A DNA stretch of 64,000 bases from an uncultured Gammaproteobacteria bacterium (GTDB lineage: Bacteria > Patescibacteriota > Microgenomatia > UBA10105 > UBA927). Shown here in pieces: positions 19,603-30,081 of the stretch; position 1 is the stretch's first letter; every line of letters begins with the position of its first letter. Under the pieces are notes generated by a model. It was not told the origin of the DNA, did not search any database, and saw only the letters and a list, made by a program, of their open reading frames with translations. Both the position numbers and the translations under genes were made by a program. The stretch lies in NCBI GenBank assembly GCA_964349125.1, contig CAYGFH010000001.1:69408-133407 (forward strand), given 5' to 3'.

Positions 19603-20610
19603 CTACTCATATCCGCGAAGTTTTGTCCGTATACTCTCAATCAATTTGGGGACAATATAGAGTGACGACACCGGGTAATCATGCGCATGCATGTACCTCT
19701 TTTCATACCCACCAAATCCCTTTTTAAACAAAGTGAGTCCGTTCCACGGATGGTTTGGTTTATCCTCAGGGGCAATGCCATAAAAATTGTATATAGAGAT
19801 ACCCCGCTTTTTTGCCTCTAAAATTGCACGCCACTGTAATAGGTACGATACAGGTATTTTACTTGGGCGAGACGCGCCGTGATGGTAGATAGCCTGACCC
19901 CCATAAAAAAGGATGATCGCGCTTGCTATGAGAGTATGTTCAAAGTATCCCAACAAAAGCAATGCCTGGTTATGTGATGCAAAGTATTCAAATTCTTCCA
20001 CTATGGATCCGTGTGATACAAAACCGTGTCGTTTGGACGTTTCCTTATACAGCTCAATGAAATTGGTCAAATCAGCCTCTTTTGTTGTACTTTTAACCTC
20101 TATATCCATTTTCAAAGCCCTTCTGATTTCGTAGCGAGTGGTTTTTCTCATGCCCTGCAATATCTCATCTTCTGATTTACTGATATCCAGCACCCAGCAG
20201 CGTTCGGCATCAACTTCATGGATTGGTGACCATACAAATCCTGATTGTTTCAGTATTTCCCTATTCTCGCCACTGTCTTCGATCATGGGACTTATGCGGA
20301 TAAACAGAGCTCCTTCTTTTTTGGCAGCTCCAAAGAATAACGAAATGCACTCCTTCCATGTCACCGGAGAGTTGGACACTAACACAGGTCCTTGGCGAAT
20401 ATGGATGTATGTCCCGCGTTTCGCGCGAACTATCAATGTCTGTGCGATCCCTATGAGTGCCGCTTTGTCGTATATCCCGTACCTATATATGTCTTTGCCT
20501 GATTTTTTTTCTATTTCCCCCCACTCCCAACTCTGGAACAGTGACTGAGGACTATGTGCGAGCAAAAATTCATCCCAGTCTTTCTTGTGATCAATAATCT
20601 GTAGATTCAT
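19603..20610 (-). CDS. FemAB-family peptidoglycan interpeptide-bridge aminoacyltransferase
   Basis: 335 aa with WEWGEIEKK, a GNAT-like tandem fold and ILFYGGQAIYHHGASR, typical of FemX/FemA/FemB. Confidence 0.75.
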   Translation of the reverse strand: MNLQIIDHKKDWDEFLLAHSPQSLFQSWEWGEIEKKSGKDIYRYGIYDKAALIGIAQTLIVRAKRGTYIHIRQGPVLVSNSPVTWKECISLFFGAAKKEGALFIRISPMIEDSGENREILKQSGFVWSPIHEVDAERCWVLDISKSEDEILQGMRKTTRYEIRRALKMDIEVKSTTKEADLTNFIELYKETSKRHGFVSHGSIVEEFEYFASHNQALLLLGYFEHTLIASAIILFYGGQAIYHHGASRPSKIPVSYLLQWRAILEAKKRGISIYNFYGIAPEDKPNHPWNGLTLFKKGFGGYEKRYMHAHDYPVSSLYIVPKLIESIRTKLRGYE

Positions 20611-20630
20611 AGGTTTAGTGTGAGAGACAC

Positions 20631-20969
20631 TTACACGCGTGCGATTTTATGAAGCAGAGAGTTCAATATTGCATACGCCAGTGATCCGAGAAACGCAGCC
20701 CAAAACGAATCGATGGTAAACCCGGGTGTCACACGACTTGCAAGCTGAAACACAATAGCGTTGATGACAAATGTAAACAGTCCGAATGTAAGTATCGTGA
20801 TGGGTAACGTAAACAGTATGATAATCGGTTTAACCAGCAAATTTACCAAACCGATTATTACTGCCGCAAGAATAGCTGAGACAAAATCAGCAAAATGAAT
20901 TCCCGTTACTATTCGGGAAACAAGGACCAGTGATACTGCACTTACTAACCAATCAGCAATTATTTTCAT
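20631..20969 (-). CDS. DUF360 / phage-holin-family-4-like small membrane protein
   Basis: 112 aa, 4 TM, resembling YvlD/holin_4 superfamily proteins. Confidence 0.55.
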   Translation of the reverse strand: MKIIADWLVSAVSLVLVSRIVTGIHFADFVSAILAAVIIGLVNLLVKPIIILFTLPITILTFGLFTFVINAIVFQLASRVTPGFTIDSFWAAFLGSLAYAILNSLLHKIARV

Positions 20970-21664
20970 ATAGGCGACTGACCTTTATGATACACCATTT
21001 CCTCCCTCAATGTCGTTGTATCACCATGACCCGGATATACGAGTGTATGTGGTGGCAATCCGAGAAGCCGATCAACAGAATCCCGGAGAATGAGAGGCCT
21101 GCCGTACGAAAAATCCGTCCGACCTATCGCGCCTCCTTTGAATATCACATCACCCACGAAGAGTATCGCATCGGCATCGCTGTATACGCATACACTTCCG
21201 GGGGTGTGTCCCGGAGTTTCCAGTACCTGCAAGGATGTTGATCCGAGCTGTAGAGTCATCCCTTCAGAGATTGTTGTTGTGACCTGAGGCGGTTGTTCTT
21301 CGACAAGATGTCCCAGAAAATGCGTGGCGGTTTCATTCATCCGCTCCAACAAAAATTCATCTCGCGCATGCATCATAAATGGCACTGAAAACACCAGCTG
21401 CAACTCCAGCGCTCCCATAATGTGATCAAAGTGACCGTGTGTTGCAATAATTCCGATCGGCGTATACTGCAATCCCACTATTTTTTCTGATATATACGAC
21501 GCATCATCCCCCGGGTCTATAATGAAACATTCCTTTGTATCCTGACACGCCACCACATAACAGTTTTCCTGCATTGATCCCACAGTTATCGGTGTGACAA
21601 GAATATGACTCATACTGTTATGAAAAGAGAGAAAGTACCCGCTCTGCATCCTGCTCGGATACAT
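20966..21664 (-). CDS. MBL-fold metallo-hydrolase (glyoxalase II-like)
   Basis: THGHFDH zinc-binding motif plus a downstream His/Asp ladder. The true start is probably Met18 (MSHILV). Confidence 0.8.
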   Translation of the reverse strand: MYPSRMQSGYFLSFHNSMSHILVTPITVGSMQENCYVVACQDTKECFIIDPGDDASYISEKIVGLQYTPIGIIATHGHFDHIMGALELQLVFSVPFMMHARDEFLLERMNETATHFLGHLVEEQPPQVTTTISEGMTLQLGSTSLQVLETPGHTPGSVCVYSDADAILFVGDVIFKGGAIGRTDFSYGRPLILRDSVDRLLGLPPHTLVYPGHGDTTTLREEMVYHKGQSPI

Positions 21665-22907
21665 TGGTTGGCAGGTTTATAACACGAGTGGAATATGTTT
21701 CCGCATGGGGACAACTCCCCGGCGTATACCCCACAGCCGAAAAATCCACACCTGCAGGATCAATGGTATTGTGATACCAATTCCCTATGAGAATCCCCCG
21801 TTGTTTTGCTCTTTGTATGAAATGTTTCGGGTTAGGTATACACAGAGGTAGTCGTAAAAAAATTGATCCGTCAGTATAGCTAAGTAATTCGACGGCAGCT
21901 ACTTTCCCCAACTCGCGTACGTACTGCGCTGCCCTTTTTTTTCGCCTGGTATTGTATCTGTCGAGTTTTCGCAGTTGCGCCAAAAGGAGAAACGCCAGCG
22001 CATTTGGATAGCGGCTTGGAAATATTTCTGGTTTTCCCCCGTGTTTCTCCTTCGCATACACGGGAAATGACAGCAGTCCTAATCGTTGAAACATCCAGAG
22101 TATCCCCTTCCCTATCCCTGTTGTGTATAGCGGAAGAACAATTGAGAATATGATAGGGTGTAAGAGCTGCTGGAATATCCAAAACACAGGAGCATCCTGT
22201 ACGGTGCTATGCGATTCTTGCATCTTCCCCACTACTCGGGTGTCGCTGGCGCGGATAATTGCTACTCCACCAAACACGCTGGATAGTACTTTATCCCTCC
22301 CGAAACTAAAAAAGGCGGCATCTCCTATACTTCCGGTTTGCTTGCCAGCATAAGTGCTCCCAAGTGCATGTGCGCAATCTTCGATAATCACAAGTGAATG
22401 TTTTCTGGCGAAGGCGCGTATTGCAGTCATATCGGCCGTTACACCTAGTGTATGCTGCACGATAATCGCTCTGGTTTTCTTGCTTATTTTTTTGGCGGCA
22501 TCAGTCACATCGATATTGAGGGAAGCGTCCACATCAACGTATACGGGAGTAGCCCCGGACCAGAGCACAGAATTTGGTACAGCCACACAGGTAAACGCCT
22601 GGACGAGAATTTCATCCCCGGAAGAAATGCCAAAAGATCTGAGTATATCAGTCAGGGCGGCTCGGCCGCTGTTGTACGGGAATGCGAGGTACCCGGCAAA
22701 TTGTTTTTCAAACCAGGAGGTTACGGTATCCGTATATGCCCCCCGTTTCCATTTCCATGGTTGCATGAGCATGAATAGTGCAGCGAGCACATCTTCCCGT
22801 TCGGTGTTTGGCGATAGTGATGCGGATATTATTCGGTTAAACATATTATTATCGTACCAGAGCAAGTACCCGGCCGGATTCTTTTCCTTTAAACAGTACG
22901 GTGTCAC
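21618..22907 (-). CDS. DegT/DnrJ/EryC1/StrS-family PLP-dependent sugar aminotransferase
   Basis: Fold-type I aminotransferase. FSFGRDKVLS contains the Lys expected for the PLP Schiff base. 429 aa with a C-terminal extension. Confidence 0.8.
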   Translation of the reverse strand: MTPYCLKEKNPAGYLLWYDNNMFNRIISASLSPNTEREDVLAALFMLMQPWKWKRGAYTDTVTSWFEKQFAGYLAFPYNSGRAALTDILRSFGISSGDEILVQAFTCVAVPNSVLWSGATPVYVDVDASLNIDVTDAAKKISKKTRAIIVQHTLGVTADMTAIRAFARKHSLVIIEDCAHALGSTYAGKQTGSIGDAAFFSFGRDKVLSSVFGGVAIIRASDTRVVGKMQESHSTVQDAPVFWIFQQLLHPIIFSIVLPLYTTGIGKGILWMFQRLGLLSFPVYAKEKHGGKPEIFPSRYPNALAFLLLAQLRKLDRYNTRRKKRAAQYVRELGKVAAVELLSYTDGSIFLRLPLCIPNPKHFIQRAKQRGILIGNWYHNTIDPAGVDFSAVGYTPGSCPHAETYSTRVINLPTNVSEQDAERVLSLFS

Positions 22908-24291
22908 CTGCCGACGTATGTGTCTTCAAATAGGCTGCGGCTGATTCGTGACTTACCACCATTGGCTCCAATTTGCTGTGCACTTTTTTCATGCCTCGGG
23001 TAAAATCAGCCAGATAACTGTCATTTGTCAAAAGTACTCTGTCACATACTCTCGCGGCATATTCGCCCACTTTCTCATGGGAGGAAGAAGTGTACGCGCC
23101 AAGCTCAATCATGGGCTGGAAGACCAGTATTTTTTTTCCCTTTTTCTCTTTCAAAAACGAAATCGCTGCAACTGCTGCATCAGGATTGTTATTGAACGTA
23201 TCATCAATACAGAGGGCAGGAAGTGATGTCACTACCGGCTGCATTGTTTTGGGTAGCGATGTTATCGCGCTACACCCTTTGACTACTTCGTCAAATAGTA
23301 GTCCCAGCTGAAATGCGGCTGCCATGGCCGCAAGAATATTTGACACATGGAACACACCAATCAGCGGCACAGTAACATCATGTTCCTGTTTGCCGTAGCG
23401 CACAGTGAATTTGACGCCTTGCTCTTGTTGCACTATACCTGTTGCGTACCAATCAGTCTGCTTTGCGACAGAGTAGTAGATAACAGTACACCCGTCTTTT
23501 TTTGCATTCTCACCCATCTGTCGTGTGTAGGTATTGTCATAATTAACAATGACAACTTTTTTCCCATGCAAGCCGCTGACAAGCTCGTATTTTGCCTTCA
23601 CTGTTTGTTCTATACTTCCAAACAGATCCTGGTGTTGCGGGTTAATCGCCGTCAGTATACCAATTTCAGGGCGAACGAGTTCACACATTTCGGCAATTTC
23701 TCCCGGTTTATACGCACCCATTTCCACAACAAATGCATCATACGCGTGATGGAGTTTTCGTAGCACCACTTCAGAGATCCCGATCGGTGAATTTTTACTT
23801 GCTTCGGTTTTCAGGGTTTCATATTTTGTGCCCAGAATCGATGCAAGGTACTCTTTTGTGGATGTTTTCCCGTAACTGCCCGTTATTCCAACCACACGCA
23901 TAGCACTATGTGCCCGAAGCAGTTGTCTGGCACGGCGAATCACCCATATATGGTACAGCAGTGTTGGCGCTTTAAATGCGGCTACAAATAAAGCGGTCAG
24001 GGGAAACAGGAGTATATCCATAGTGAGGAACCGTAAGGGAACACTGAACGGGGAAAATGAGTATACTGCGAGTTCAACAACGACTACTCCCGCAAAAATA
24101 CACGCGGTCTTCAGGGTGACAGGCGGACGACGGAATGAGGGGAACCATATCCGTTTTCCCTGGTTGCTCCGGAGGTGAATGGCCATCCGATCAAATCTAT
24201 ACTCCTTCACATACCATAATTGGATATAGGTACTGAGATTACATAGCAGCCGTATGGCCCATACAACATATAGTGTTGAAAATACCATCAT
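22849..24291 (-). CDS. murF: UDP-MurNAc-tripeptide--D-Ala-D-Ala ligase MurF, with a non-canonical hydrophobic N-terminus
   Basis: Mur-ligase P-loop VVGITGSYGKTSTKE, central and C-terminal domains present. The first ~125 aa replace the normal N-terminal domain with 2-3 hydrophobic segments. Confidence 0.85.
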   Translation of the reverse strand: MMVFSTLYVVWAIRLLCNLSTYIQLWYVKEYRFDRMAIHLRSNQGKRIWFPSFRRPPVTLKTACIFAGVVVVELAVYSFSPFSVPLRFLTMDILLFPLTALFVAAFKAPTLLYHIWVIRRARQLLRAHSAMRVVGITGSYGKTSTKEYLASILGTKYETLKTEASKNSPIGISEVVLRKLHHAYDAFVVEMGAYKPGEIAEMCELVRPEIGILTAINPQHQDLFGSIEQTVKAKYELVSGLHGKKVVIVNYDNTYTRQMGENAKKDGCTVIYYSVAKQTDWYATGIVQQEQGVKFTVRYGKQEHDVTVPLIGVFHVSNILAAMAAAFQLGLLFDEVVKGCSAITSLPKTMQPVVTSLPALCIDDTFNNNPDAAVAAISFLKEKKGKKILVFQPMIELGAYTSSSHEKVGEYAARVCDRVLLTNDSYLADFTRGMKKVHSKLEPMVVSHESAAAYLKTHTSAGDTVLFKGKESGRVLALVR

Positions 24292-25010
24292 ACTGTTTTG
24301 AGAAAAGCGTCCACTTCGCTAGCGAATCTATCCGGCTGTTTGTACGATACGCCGTGATCAGCATCATCAAGAACAGTCAGAGTAGCACCTGCAATGTACT
24401 CTTTCATCTTTTTGGCAATCCATACCGGGGTAATCTGATCAAGACTACCCCATATGAGCGCACACGGAACGGAGACAGACTGCATGGCGACAATGAGATC
24501 CTCCTTCACCACAATTTTGAATATCTCCCGCATAACACCGTTTGCCCGATAGAAATCCCTGGCTCCAACCAGGTAGTAATACCAGGCACGAATTTTCTCC
24601 TGGATCGCGGACAATGGCCAGATCGAAAATATAAATTTACCGATTTTTGCTCCGATGGTAAATAGAATAAGCTTCCGTCGAGCAACCGGGGTAAATCCCG
24701 GAGTTCCGGTCAGAATAATTGCCTTGGCTCCCGAAGGATTTTTCTCAAGATAGCGAAGCGTCACACGGCCTCCAAAGGAATGCCCGATAAAAATAGGGTT
24801 TTTAATTCCGTTGGATCTGATGAAATCAGAAACAAACTGGGCATAATCGGAAAGATGATACGGATGGATGGGAGGGGTGCTCCCGCCAAAACCGGGCAAA
24901 TCAGGAGCATATACACTGTACCCTTTTTTTTTGAGAACTGAAACAAGTCCGTCAAATCTACTACCTGACAGTCCCCAACCGTGCAGAATCAGAATAGTCT
25001 CTTTTTTCAT
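24288..25010 (-). CDS. Alpha/beta-fold hydrolase
   Basis: LILHGWGLSG and GHSFGG nucleophile elbow. 240 aa. Confidence 0.8.
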   Translation of the reverse strand: MKKETILILHGWGLSGSRFDGLVSVLKKKGYSVYAPDLPGFGGSTPPIHPYHLSDYAQFVSDFIRSNGIKNPIFIGHSFGGRVTLRYLEKNPSGAKAIILTGTPGFTPVARRKLILFTIGAKIGKFIFSIWPLSAIQEKIRAWYYYLVGARDFYRANGVMREIFKIVVKEDLIVAMQSVSVPCALIWGSLDQITPVWIAKKMKEYIAGATLTVLDDADHGVSYKQPDRFASEVDAFLKTV

Positions 25011-25015
25011 ATGGG

Positions 25016-26323
25016 TCAGATAGCTTTTTTGTATTCATCGCGGTTGACATGTTCTACTGATACTTTGTTTCGGGAAACAGTATATGAGCTTTTTACAATG
25101 CAGAAACTGTTCTCCTCCAAATCGCGATCCAATACAACTCCGCTACCCACAAATGATCCCGTGCCGATTTTGACACCCGGCATAATACTGGTATGGACGC
25201 CAATACGTACATGTTTGCCGATCAGGGCTCCTAATTTATTTTTCTGTGTGGATAACGTTTCATTTTTGACGGATGAGTGTATGACTCCGTCATCCAATCG
25301 TAAATTGGCACAGGCGGCACCGCCACCCATGCTCACATTGCCTTCAAGTACGCTATCACCGATATAGTTATTATGAAACCAACAATTGTCTCCTATGTAG
25401 CTTCTTGATATATCGCTGTTAAAACCCGTCACACATCCGGAGCCTATATGGCTTTGTCGAATAATATTGTTATTGCCAATAATAGTACCTTTACCTATGT
25501 AACACGGTCCCGTAATTTTTGTATTTTCAAATATTTTTACATCATCCTCTATATGCACTTCCCCTTCGATTACGACATTTGCCTTGATAGTCACATTTTT
25601 TCCTCTGTGGTGTTTTACTGTTTGTAGCATGACATCATTTACATCCAAAACATGCCACGGGTACTTCATCGATGCAAATCCGCCGGTATGGATGTACATG
25701 GTAAAATCATGCCGTTTCATGAGCGTGCTGAGTGTTTTTTCGTATACATCGTCAGAATCGCTTTTTGTCTGTTTCAACTCGCTCAAGAGCTCATTTGCAT
25801 CGGCTATGTAATGACCAAGCATCGCGACTAGTTTTGAAGGCTCGTTCCCGGCTCCGGGTTTTTCAACAATAGATTTAACGGTATTGCCTTGTACCTGCAG
25901 ATAGCCACCGGGAAAATACTCAGTTGTCTCAAATGCTGGTATGACGCCGAACGATTTTGTTTCTATCGCCTTTTGTATAACCTGTGAGAACAGCTCGGAA
26001 TTAGTGACATCATCCCCATTGAGAATCAAAAGCGATGCTCCTTCAATTTCACTTCCTGCCGTCAGGAGCGCATCTGCGATACCAAGCGGTGTCCGTTGCA
26101 TCACAGTCACAGAAGGCACTGAAAATTGTAGTGAGGATAACGTAGCATTGTTTGTGGGGTTCGTGACCACAACTACTTTTGTCACCTCTTTCGGAAGTAC
26201 TTTTTTCACGGAATATTCAATAAACGGCTTTCCGAACCAGGGGAATATGATCTTGTCTGTAACAAACGGCCAAAAACGATTGCCAACCCCTCCTGCGAGA
26301 ACTACAGCGACAAGATCGTTCAT
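25016..26323 (-). CDS. Bifunctional sugar-1-phosphate nucleotidyltransferase / left-handed-beta-helix acetyltransferase (GlmU-like)
   Basis: N-terminal NTP-transferase motif VVLAGGVGNRFWP and C-terminal hexapeptide repeats (IGKGTIIGNNNIIRQSHIGSGCV...). Fits a UDP-GlcNAc-producing enzyme between murA and the cell-wall genes. Confidence 0.75.
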   Translation of the reverse strand: MNDLVAVVLAGGVGNRFWPFVTDKIIFPWFGKPFIEYSVKKVLPKEVTKVVVVTNPTNNATLSSLQFSVPSVTVMQRTPLGIADALLTAGSEIEGASLLILNGDDVTNSELFSQVIQKAIETKSFGVIPAFETTEYFPGGYLQVQGNTVKSIVEKPGAGNEPSKLVAMLGHYIADANELLSELKQTKSDSDDVYEKTLSTLMKRHDFTMYIHTGGFASMKYPWHVLDVNDVMLQTVKHHRGKNVTIKANVVIEGEVHIEDDVKIFENTKITGPCYIGKGTIIGNNNIIRQSHIGSGCVTGFNSDISRSYIGDNCWFHNNYIGDSVLEGNVSMGGGAACANLRLDDGVIHSSVKNETLSTQKNKLGALIGKHVRIGVHTSIMPGVKIGTGSFVGSGVVLDRDLEENSFCIVKSSYTVSRNKVSVEHVNRDEYKKAI

Positions 26324-27657
26324 ACGACGTCCTCCTTTACTCGTTTTATATGTGCACCTAAAGATTGAAGTCGTGTTTCAAACTGTTCATATCCGCGATC
26401 TACCTGCTCGATACCATACACAACACTCTCCCCTGTTGCGACCAAGGCAGCGAGAACAACCGTTGCTCCCGCGCGTAAATCATCTATATTTAACACAGCA
26501 TCATGAAGCGGTGTGCTTCCGGTAATGCGGATAGCCTGATGATATCCTTCTATTCTGTCGCTCCAATTGAAGTTATAAAACTCTTCAGGATTCTTTACCT
26601 GAGGACTGTAAAATTCGATTGTTGCTCCCATTTTCTTGAGCTCCTGCACGTAGGAAAATCTGCTTTCAAACACTGTTTCATGAATTGTAGATACACCGGC
26701 AGCCTGAGTCATAAGGACAGCCCAGGGTGCTTGCCAGTCAGTCATAAATCCCGGGTGAATATTTGTCTCGATGTCGGTAGGTAATATGGCGCCACTGGTG
26801 AAATATCGTGTAGTCGACTGATCAATACTCTCGTATTGCAAACCCGCTGCTGTATACTTATCCAAAAATGCAGTGAGCATGTCGCGTTGTGAGTGTTTGA
26901 CAACAATATTACCTTTGGTAATAGCAGCTGCAATTGCAAATGTTACTTCCTCATTGCGGTCAGGCATAACGGTGAATTCAACACCATGAAGGGATGACAC
27001 GCCGCGAACGGTTATTTCCCTGGGGGCACTTCGGTGAATATCCGCTCCCATACTCACAAGCAGGGAGATCAGTCCGTCGACTTCTACTTCTTCCGCTGCG
27101 TTTTTAAGCACGGTAACACCATCTGCTAAGACCGCTGCAAGAAGTAATGTCTCCGTACCTGTATGCGTGTTTTTTGTGAACTCTATGGTCGCACCGGAGA
27201 GTTTCTTTGCTTCTGAGTAGAAAAACCCATCATCTGAACGGTAATCAACTGTAGCGCCCATCTGTTTTAATCCTTCTATGTGTCTGTCTATGGGACGAGC
27301 GCCCAATCGGCATCCGCCGGGATTTGGTATTTTCGCTTTCCCGTATCGGGCCAAAAGTGGCCCTAATACCATGGATGATGTACGAAGCCTGGCTCCCACT
27401 TCAAGCGGCACGGAAAATGACTTGACTCCGCTATTTTTGAGCCGCACTGTGTTTCCGTCAAATATATGCGAAATCCCAAGGTGCGACAGTACCTCAAGCA
27501 TAAAGTACACATCACGAAGCCGAGGAACATTATGGATAACAAGTTCATCATCGGTTAACAGGGATGCGACCAGCACCTTAAGAGCGACATTCTTTGCTCC
27601 GCTGATGGTCACCTCTCCATGAAGTGCAACTCCACCCTGTATTACAAATTTTTCCAT
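26320..27657 (-). CDS. murA: UDP-N-acetylglucosamine 1-carboxyvinyltransferase MurA
   Basis: Characteristic N-terminus FVIQGGVALHGEVTISGAKNVALKVL and catalytic Cys loop PGGCRLGARPID. 445 aa. Confidence 0.93.
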   Translation of the reverse strand: MEKFVIQGGVALHGEVTISGAKNVALKVLVASLLTDDELVIHNVPRLRDVYFMLEVLSHLGISHIFDGNTVRLKNSGVKSFSVPLEVGARLRTSSMVLGPLLARYGKAKIPNPGGCRLGARPIDRHIEGLKQMGATVDYRSDDGFFYSEAKKLSGATIEFTKNTHTGTETLLLAAVLADGVTVLKNAAEEVEVDGLISLLVSMGADIHRSAPREITVRGVSSLHGVEFTVMPDRNEEVTFAIAAAITKGNIVVKHSQRDMLTAFLDKYTAAGLQYESIDQSTTRYFTSGAILPTDIETNIHPGFMTDWQAPWAVLMTQAAGVSTIHETVFESRFSYVQELKKMGATIEFYSPQVKNPEEFYNFNWSDRIEGYHQAIRITGSTPLHDAVLNIDDLRAGATVVLAALVATGESVVYGIEQVDRGYEQFETRLQSLGAHIKRVKEDVV

Positions 27658-27659
27658 AA

Positions 27660-28682
27660 TTAAAATTCTCCGACTGTTAGAACTTCTTCCTCCAGTTCGA
27701 TACCATACCGAAGTTTTACCTGTTCCTTTGCTCTTTTGATTAATTGTAGCACATCCGATGCGGTTGCCTGGCCTGTATTTACGGTAAAATTGGCGTGATT
27801 CGGCGATATTTGTGCGCCGCCGATTGTCAGACCTTTAAGTCCTACAGAATCGATAAGGTATCCTGCAGAGGTGGTGTGTTCCGGCGTATTATGATCCAAT
27901 GCCTGTTCTGTGGTGATGTTTTTAAATATGCAGCCTGCTGACTTCACGCCCTGGGGCTGTGTTGCTCTTCTGTGAGCGATGCTGCTGTTGGCGATCTCCC
28001 AAAGTCGTTTTTTATCATCAACTGCCAAGGCAAATATAGCGGTAAGAAGTATGTCCGATGTTTTATGGAGTGAGCTGTAATCATAGGCAAATTCAAAATA
28101 TGACTGTGGGACTTCTACCGTTTTGTTTTCCGGAGTCAGAATTTTTGCGCTATGGAGGCAGTCACCCACATACCCTACAGGCCGGGTCCATTTTGAGTTC
28201 ATATATATCGCTCCACCTACAGTGCCGGGTAATCCCAAATGCATTTCAAGTCCCTGTAATCCCTCCTCCACAGTGTATCTGACCAGGCTGTTTAACAGCA
28301 CTCCCGAATCTACTTCTACAAAAACTTTTTTGGAGGATTGCCCTAATTTTTCCGCTCCGACAATTCCTCGCATCGCAATTTTTCTTGTGACGTTTTTGAT
28401 CACTAAGCCCCGGATACCCTTATCACCTATCAGCACGTTTGTACCGCCTCCGAGTATGTGTACTGGGACAGATAATTCTCGGGCGCGTGAGACAGCTGAC
28501 ACGAGCTCTTCCGTTGTCTTTGCCTCAAAAAAAATGTCAGCCGGGCCTCCAAGTTTAAACGTGGTATATGGCGCAAGGATAACATGTTCTTTTGCGGATG
28601 GTCCGAGCGTCTGCACGAGTTTCTGTATATTGGTTTGATTATCTGTCATATAGTCAGTCCCTGAATTATATCCTGTTCCCAC
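27660..28682 (-). CDS. murB: UDP-N-acetylenolpyruvoylglucosamine reductase MurB
   Basis: FAD-binding domain TTFKLGGPADIF, GGGTNVL, 340 aa, adjacent to murA and murC. Confidence 0.9.
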   Translation of the reverse strand: MGTGYNSGTDYMTDNQTNIQKLVQTLGPSAKEHVILAPYTTFKLGGPADIFFEAKTTEELVSAVSRARELSVPVHILGGGTNVLIGDKGIRGLVIKNVTRKIAMRGIVGAEKLGQSSKKVFVEVDSGVLLNSLVRYTVEEGLQGLEMHLGLPGTVGGAIYMNSKWTRPVGYVGDCLHSAKILTPENKTVEVPQSYFEFAYDYSSLHKTSDILLTAIFALAVDDKKRLWEIANSSIAHRRATQPQGVKSAGCIFKNITTEQALDHNTPEHTTSAGYLIDSVGLKGLTIGGAQISPNHANFTVNTGQATASDVLQLIKRAKEQVKLRYGIELEEEVLTVGEF

Positions 28683-30076
28683 GAATAGATATCCCCTGCA
28701 CCCATAAAAATAATGACATCACCCGCTTTTTTTATAGAACGTAACTTCTCTATAATCTCTGATTTTCCGGGAGTAAAATACACACTCCCGTGTTCCCAGC
28801 GGAGTTTTTCATAGACAAGTTTACCGGAAATATCTCCTGAAAATCCCTCACGTGCGGATGCGTAAATATCTGCAAGAAGGACAATATCTGCTGCATAAAA
28901 CGCCCGGGAAAATTCCACAAATAATGCCTTTGTACGTGAATATGTATGTGGCTGAAACACTGCGATTATCCGATTTTTGGGGAACCAGGATCTGGCTGCC
29001 TGCAGCGTTGAGGCGAGTTCTTTCGGGTGATGTGCATAGTCATCGTAATACAAAATACCGTTATGGGAAGAAAGAAGGTCAAATCGTCGTTTAGCTCCGC
29101 CAAATAGCGAAAGTCCTTCGGCTATTTTCTCCCATGAAACGCCGTACTGCAGACACGCCACTGCCGCTGCTGCTGCGTTTTCCACATTATGATTTCCGGG
29201 TATATGAAGACATACAGATCCCAATTCCACCGACCCGGTATACAGGGAGAACGTCGTGGTTCCATTACCGCTCACCGTATTTTTTATCTTGTATGTTGCA
29301 CCCTCGCCGGTACCATATGAAATAATCTTGTTTGCGCCCCCGGCAGTTTTGAGCACATCGCTTGCAGGGTTGTCGCTATTGAGTATTAGTACCTTTTTGC
29401 CCACAAGATTCCGTTGCAAGGCAAGAAATGCAGATTGTACAGCCGAGAGGTCCTCATACGCGTCGGGATGGTCAAAGTCTATATTGGTTACAACGAGTGT
29501 CTCCGGGTGCTGCCATAAAAATCTGGGTGTTTTATCGTGTTGCGGATCAGTTATATACTCATCGGCCTCTGCCACAAAAATACCACCGCTCCCGTGATGG
29601 CCAGGATTCCCGAGTCCCTTTATAACCCCTGAGCCAATTGCGTAACTGGGATCCATGCCGGCATGCATAAGCACCGTGGCAATCATAGCTGATGTTGTGG
29701 TTTTTCCATGACTTCCTGCAACTGAGATCTGAGACATACCGTTCATGGCAATACCTAACGCTTTTCCGTGTGGCAAAACCGGAATTCCAAGCTCAATTGC
29801 TGTTGCCACTTCCACATTGTCAAGACCTTTATGTGCTCCCGTGTATACCACGAGATCAGGCATATCGTTCGTGTGAATATGCGATGCAGCAAATCCTGAA
29901 TATATCGATATACCCTTTTGTTTCAAAATATCATCGCTTGGAAAATGCTCATCCACATCAGAACCTGTCACTGTTCTCCCTGATTCTATCGCCCATAGGG
30001 CAAACGCCGCCATTGCGATACCTTTTATTCCCACCATATGAATGGTCTGTACGTTTGAAAAATCTGATAGCTCCAT
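28646..30076 (-). CDS. murC: UDP-N-acetylmuramate--L-alanine ligase MurC
   Basis: IHMVGIKGIAMAAFA N-terminal Rossmann and P-loop AGSHGKTTTSAMIA. 476 aa. Confidence 0.93.
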   Translation of the reverse strand: MELSDFSNVQTIHMVGIKGIAMAAFALWAIESGRTVTGSDVDEHFPSDDILKQKGISIYSGFAASHIHTNDMPDLVVYTGAHKGLDNVEVATAIELGIPVLPHGKALGIAMNGMSQISVAGSHGKTTTSAMIATVLMHAGMDPSYAIGSGVIKGLGNPGHHGSGGIFVAEADEYITDPQHDKTPRFLWQHPETLVVTNIDFDHPDAYEDLSAVQSAFLALQRNLVGKKVLILNSDNPASDVLKTAGGANKIISYGTGEGATYKIKNTVSGNGTTTFSLYTGSVELGSVCLHIPGNHNVENAAAAAVACLQYGVSWEKIAEGLSLFGGAKRRFDLLSSHNGILYYDDYAHHPKELASTLQAARSWFPKNRIIAVFQPHTYSRTKALFVEFSRAFYAADIVLLADIYASAREGFSGDISGKLVYEKLRWEHGSVYFTPGKSEIIEKLRSIKKAGDVIIFMGAGDIYSWEQDIIQGLTI

Positions 30077-30081
30077 ATTTT

